In this document: in pieces, positions 54,495 through 58,610 of the stretch
Layout: every line of letters begins with the position of its first letter
Position numbering within the stretch: the first letter of the stretch is position 1
IMG/VR virus record: IMGVR_UViG_3300049910_000050
Coordinates: 1-58,610 of that record
Source: a virus
Taxonomy: Duplodnaviria > Caudoviricetes
DNA length: 58,610 nucleotides
Direction: 5' to 3' (one strand)
Translations under genes and position numbers: made by a program
The notes under the pieces: generated by a model
Database searches by the model: none
Told to the model about the DNA's origin: nothing
Seen by the model: only the letters and a program-made list of their open reading frames with translations

Positions 54495-57400
54495 CTAAGG
54501 TGTGTTCCCGGAAGTGTCCACACCGACCTGTGACAGGTCGGCACCCGGCGGTGCGTCGGCGTTGGTGATGTTCTGATCCAGGCCCAGTCCCGCGCCGGGG
54601 TTGTTGGTCTGGTCGGGCGTTGCCTTCCAGGCGTTGGACTTGAGCTTGTTGAACTGCTGGATGGCCGAGGCCAGCGTCAGCACACGCGAGGTCCGGTTGT
54701 AGAAGGTCACCTTGACGCTGGTGTTCATGGCCAGCGTGCGGTGCGGGTTCTTGGGGTCAGGGGTATTCAGCGCCTTGTACAGCCCGATCAGCGTGTTGCG
54801 GTTCTGCGCCTCCTGCGGGCTGGGGTTGTCGGCCCACATCGGTAGCGTGCCCGCCATGTACTGCTGCCACTGGGCGTCGGTCATCGTCCGGCCTGTACCG
54901 AACCAGCGTTCGTAGTCCCAGTAGCCAGGGCTCTTGAACGCCTGCTGGGCTGCCGCCGCCGTACCGCGCGCCTTGGCCAGTGCCTTGGCTTCGAGGTCCT
55001 TGTTGATGTACATGCCCTTGTACTTGTCGAACTTGTCGGTCGCGGCAAGCTGCGTGTCGTACTGCGCCCACTGGTCCGGACCGTTCATCGGGCTGCCGTC
55101 CGCGTTCATGTACTTGGGCGCGGTGGTGATGTTGTGCGTGTTCTCCAGCACCGTGACCGCCCGGTTGTACTGCTGGTCGATGGCGGTCTGCTCGCGGGGA
55201 GCCGTGGTGCGCAGGTACACCCGCCGCTCCAGCGCACCGGCGTCGACGCCGAACGCCTGGGCGTACTGTCCGATGACCTGCTGCTCGGCGGCGCGCGCGG
55301 TGGTGATGTCGTTGGGGCTCTTGGCGGCGGCTGCTTCGTACGCGTCTCGCACCACGTTCAGGTTGGCGCTGGACATGCCTGGCAGTGGATCGAGGTCCTC
55401 ACCGAACAGCCTGGCCTTGACGAAGTCCTCCAGCACATCGTGGTCGATGCCGTGGTTGTCAGCGGTCTGCGTCAGCCACTGTCTGCGCAGCGCGCTCTTG
55501 TCCGCATCGGTCCTGGCCTGCGCAAGCTGGCTGGCATCCCGGTTCCAGGCTTCGTTGAACAGCGCGGACTGATCCAGGCCGGAGCCAGGCGAGGAGATGT
55601 AGTCGGCCTGCTGCTGGCCCGAGGCGTTGCCACGAATGGCGTCCAGCGCCACCATGTCCGCCTTGAACTGCTTGATGACATCCGGGTGCTGGCCGTCCTG
55701 AATCTCGGGCGGGATCAGCGACTCCTCGAACTGGCCCAGCGTCTCGAACTGCAGCTTGGCCATTTGCGTCGACTTCTGAGCCGGGGTCAGGCTGGGGTCG
55801 GCTTTGATCGCCTCGCGCTGGTCCGCGATGGCAGCGTTGTGCGCCACGTACTCGGCGTGCGCCTGCTGCTGGTCGGCCAGGCTCTTGCCGGTCCACGGGG
55901 CGCTGGCGGGACCGTGCTCAATCTCGTACTCACGCTTGGTCTGCGCCTGGGCGTAGTCGGTCACGCTGCGGGTGCGCAGGCCGCTCAGCGTCTGCGCCGC
56001 CGCGACGGGACCCGGGGTGCCGCGCTCCAGGCTGGTCATACCCGCCGTGACGCCCGCCGGAGCCAGCCGCGAGGCGGCGCGCAGGATGCCGTTGCCCGCG
56101 ATCTGCCACCACTGGTCGTCGGCCTTGTTGAGCGGTCTGCCGGCGAAATCGTTGACCGACAGGAAGTCCGCCGCGAGCGACGGGAAGATACCCCCGCGCG
56201 CCTGCAGGTAACTGCCCCAGGCGGCGGCGGGGTCGGGTCGACCGGGGTCGCCTGGCCGCAGCCCGCCGGTGATGGCGGGGTTGCCCAGGCCCATCTGCTG
56301 GCCCTGCGGGGTGCCCGCGAAGGCTGCCAGGCCCCAGCGCGCGCTCTCCTTCCAGGGCTCGATCAGCCCGCGCCAGGCGGGCACGACGTCCACGTACACC
56401 CCGGCGGGCTCACCCGAGGAGGGCGAGTCGTGCTTCCAGCCCATGCGGTCGAAGAACGGCGTCAGGTCGACGGTGCCCTCCTGGCCAGGCGGGTTCTGCC
56501 AGGATGGGTGGCCCGCCAGGAGCATGTTCAGGCCCTCGACCATGACCACCGAGTTGAGCGCCGCGCTGGCCCAGAAGCCCCGGTTGAGCGAGCCCTTGGA
56601 GCCGTGGTCGAGCAGCGCCCCGCCGATCTGGCGCACGAACGAACCGGTCCAGTCGGGAGCCAGGATGGTCAGTCGCATCAGGTCGGAGATGTCCCGCGAG
56701 CGCAGCATCATGGCCAGGTTCTCGCCGCCGAAGCTCTCGTTGACCCACTGCGCGGCTGCCGCGCTCTTGCCGTTCATCTGGTAGGTCATCAGCTTCATCA
56801 TCGGGATGATGCGCGTGAACAGCGTGTCCGAGAACATGGTGGACAGCGACGTCCACTCGCCCGTCTTGAAGTAGCCAACCGGCGCGTTGATGCCGGCTGC
56901 CAGCACGCTGGCGACCGCCGCGTACTTGCGCGCGTCCTCGTCGTTCTTGCCGGTGGCCTTGGCCCCCGCGTACGCGGCGGCTCCCGCGCCGAACGTCGAG
57001 GCCCCGAAGGTGAGCCCGCGCGTGAGCGTCATCGGGCGTATCTCGGGCAGGATGTTCCACGTCATACCCTGCCGCACAGCCTGTCGGATGTCCGCCTCGT
57101 TGGCGGCGACGAACTTGTTGAAGGCCCCCGGTGTGAACGCCATGCCCATGATCTTGGCCAGCCGGGGCAGAGAGGACACGCCGTTGGAGGCCAGGAAGGT
57201 GTTGATCTCGTTCCACAGGTGGAAGCCCGAGCCGCCCAGCACGAACTCTTTGCCCTGCGTGTTCATCTCCAACGCCTTGCGCACGATGGCGCGCATGTGC
57301 GGGTTGTTCTCGAACAAACCGCTTTCCTTGAATGCCGCGTTCAGCGTGTGCGCCAGCGGGTCGGAGACGTACAGGTCGAAGTTGTGGCCAGCAGGACCCA

Positions 57401-58610
57401 GCAGGCTGCCGAAGCCCAGCGGCCCTGCTAGCTGGAAGCCGGTCATGCCCTCGGGCGGGGTGCCCGCAATGGTGGCCACGTTCTTGGGTACCTGTATCAG
57501 GTCGTGGTCTAGAATAGATGTTCCAGCCGGTAGCTTGTTCGAGTTCACGATCAGGCCGCGCAGGGCGCTGCCGAACTTCTGGTTGGCCATGGCCTGCTTC
57601 TGCGACCAGTATTGATCGGTCAGCAGCCGGGGCAGGTTCGAGAAGTCGTACTTGACCCCCTGCGCCATGCCCTCCTCGAAGTTAGCGTAGGTGCGCTCCT
57701 TGAATATCTGGCTGAGCGTGTTGAAGTGCGAGACCTGGCCCTTGATGACCTGGGGGATACCCGCGACTGCTTCCTGCATCGCCTTCGGCGTGACGCCGTG
57801 GTTCGCCGCCGCGACGGCCTTCAACCAGTCCGCCTGCGGCACGTGGTGAATCGCGAACTGGGCCGGGTAGCTGGCCTGGCCGTTGGGCAGCACGCGCAGC
57901 GTGGGCTTCTTCTTGAGCACGTCGTCCGCGACCCCCGCCTTGACCGCCTGATCCCAGGTGTCTTTGAGCAGTTGCCAGGTCTGCACGGCCTCCTTGTTGC
58001 CCTGCAGCCAGGTGGGCAGGGAGCCCGTTTTTTCCAGCGTTGTTGCTATTTCCTGATACTTGCTGGGGTCACCCCACGTGCGCTGCAGGCTATCCAGTAT
58101 GTTGGCCCGGTCGACCATGCTCAGTTCGGCCTGGTCGCTCAGCCACGCCTGGAGCTTCGACGTGGTCGAGCCCGCGTTCAGGTTGCGCATCGGGTTGCCA
58201 AAGCTGTGCCAGGCAGCCAGCGTGGCGGGCAGCACATCGCGTGATATCCAGCCGCCCAGGTACGCGTTGCCGAGCATCAGCGCCGCGCCGGTCGCCGCCC
58301 CGTTGGCCACCTTCTGGTAGTAGTTCGGGTCGTTCGGGCTGGTGTTGACGACCGCCGCCGTGGCCCCGCCCGCCGCGCCCAGCGCCGCGTTGGTGCCAAA
58401 CCGGGCAAGCTGCGGGATGGCGGCGGGCATCATCCCCCGGCTGGCCTGGTAGCCGGTGCGGTAGGGCTGAGTCAATGACTGAAAGCCGTGGTTGGCGAGC
58501 ACCTGATCCGCCGCGTTCGGGGCGATGTTGTGCAGCAAGTCGGAGACCTGCCTGCCCGACATGTTCGCCTCGGTGGTGCCGATGCGTTCCAGCCGCTGCG
58601 CCTCGCGCTG
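54495..58610 (-). CDS. 3' part of the giant 2827-aa internal virion protein
   Basis: In frame with 1..4580 through the terminal repeat; DFAGRPL motif reminiscent of large polyvalent protein domains. Confidence 0.85.
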   Translation of the reverse strand, partial: QREAQRLERIGTTEANMSGRQVSDLLHNIAPNAADQVLANHGFQSLTQPYRTGYQASRGMMPAAIPQLARFGTNAALGAAGGATAAVVNTSPNDPNYYQKVANGAATGAALMLGNAYLGGWISRDVLPATLAAWHSFGNPMRNLNAGSTTSKLQAWLSDQAELSMVDRANILDSLQRTWGDPSKYQEIATTLEKTGSLPTWLQGNKEAVQTWQLLKDTWDQAVKAGVADDVLKKKPTLRVLPNGQASYPAQFAIHHVPQADWLKAVAAANHGVTPKAMQEAVAGIPQVIKGQVSHFNTLSQIFKERTYANFEEGMAQGVKYDFSNLPRLLTDQYWSQKQAMANQKFGSALRGLIVNSNKLPAGTSILDHDLIQVPKNVATIAGTPPEGMTGFQLAGPLGFGSLLGPAGHNFDLYVSDPLAHTLNAAFKESGLFENNPHMRAIVRKALEMNTQGKEFVLGGSGFHLWNEINTFLASNGVSSLPRLAKIMGMAFTPGAFNKFVAANEADIRQAVRQGMTWNILPEIRPMTLTRGLTFGASTFGAGAAAYAGAKATGKNDEDARKYAAVASVLAAGINAPVGYFKTGEWTSLSTMFSDTLFTRIIPMMKLMTYQMNGKSAAAAQWVNESFGGENLAMMLRSRDISDLMRLTILAPDWTGSFVRQIGGALLDHGSKGSLNRGFWASAALNSVVMVEGLNMLLAGHPSWQNPPGQEGTVDLTPFFDRMGWKHDSPSSGEPAGVYVDVVPAWRGLIEPWKESARWGLAAFAGTPQGQQMGLGNPAITGGLRPGDPGRPDPAAAWGSYLQARGGIFPSLAADFLSVNDFAGRPLNKADDQWWQIAGNGILRAASRLAPAGVTAGMTSLERGTPGPVAAAQTLSGLRTRSVTDYAQAQTKREYEIEHGPASAPWTGKSLADQQQAHAEYVAHNAAIADQREAIKADPSLTPAQKSTQMAKLQFETLGQFEESLIPPEIQDGQHPDVIKQFKADMVALDAIRGNASGQQQADYISSPGSGLDQSALFNEAWNRDASQLAQARTDADKSALRRQWLTQTADNHGIDHDVLEDFVKARLFGEDLDPLPGMSSANLNVVRDAYEAAAAKSPNDITTARAAEQQVIGQYAQAFGVDAGALERRVYLRTTAPREQTAIDQQYNRAVTVLENTHNITTAPKYMNADGSPMNGPDQWAQYDTQLAATDKFDKYKGMYINKDLEAKALAKARGTAAAAQQAFKSPGYWDYERWFGTGRTMTDAQWQQYMAGTLPMWADNPSPQEAQNRNTLIGLYKALNTPDPKNPHRTLAMNTSVKVTFYNRTSRVLTLASAIQQFNKLKSNAWKATPDQTNNPGAGLGLDQNITNADAPPGADLSQVGVDTSGNTP
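58399..58610 (+). repeat. Terminal direct repeat, right copy (assembly overlap)
   Basis: Matches 1..212 with one mismatch. Confidence 0.97.

Larger units (their letters stand above)
1..58610. mobile_element. Complete tailed dsDNA bacteriophage genome (podovirus-like), circular assembly of 58,398 bp
   Basis: Terminase, portal, major capsid, tail, lysis and replication genes; no host housekeeping genes; 212-bp terminal overlap across which one ORF reads through in frame. Confidence 0.95.

Noticed and set aside
1-58610. Stop-codon reassignment, tRNA genes or a virion RNA polymerase
   Set aside because: TAA, TAG and TGA all end genes at tight couplings with high coding density; no cloverleaf noticed by eye; no RNA polymerase motifs recognised in the giant protein, although a remote fold cannot be excluded without a search

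Overview
The window is an apparently complete, circularly assembled genome of a high-GC tailed dsDNA phage: 58,398 bp unique plus a 212-bp end overlap carrying one SNP. The architecture is podovirus-like, with no tail tube, sheath or tape measure. A ~37.5-kb minus-strand late operon starts near 22.46 kb, wraps through the contig ends and stops near 43.3 kb. It encodes TerL, portal, N4-gp56-like capsid, scaffold, adaptor, nozzle, fibres, collagen fibres, a split lysis module and two very large putative ejection proteins; one of these (2827 aa) is split by the contig ends and only partly visible in the ORF track. The plus strand (22.7-43.2 kb) holds early and replication genes: DUF932, UvrD, SNF2, UDG-PolA fusion, Cas4-like exonuclease, Sak4-like ATPase, SSB-like protein and VRR-NUC; primase-polymerase and an HTH gene are a minus-strand pair inside this block. 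No integrase, tRNA, CRISPR array or reverse transcriptase was seen. The host is probably a high-GC monoderm (Actinomycetota or Chloroflexota; inference). Most notable observations: (1) a recurrent G-A-G-Q motif brackets enzyme domains (GH73, C39, ART-like, M23) in both giant proteins, suggesting polyprotein processing; (2) a putative first-entering region free of GATC and nearly free of CCGG ends in a ~400-nt hairpin-dense element and a palindrome-containing promoter; (3) a CCTTGAGGAGG start-associated motif marks early genes; (4) about a dozen tiny basic proteins sit among the head genes; (5) an Acb2/Tad1-like sponge candidate and an Rpf-like secreted protein are present. All family calls come from motif recognition by eye, not database searches.
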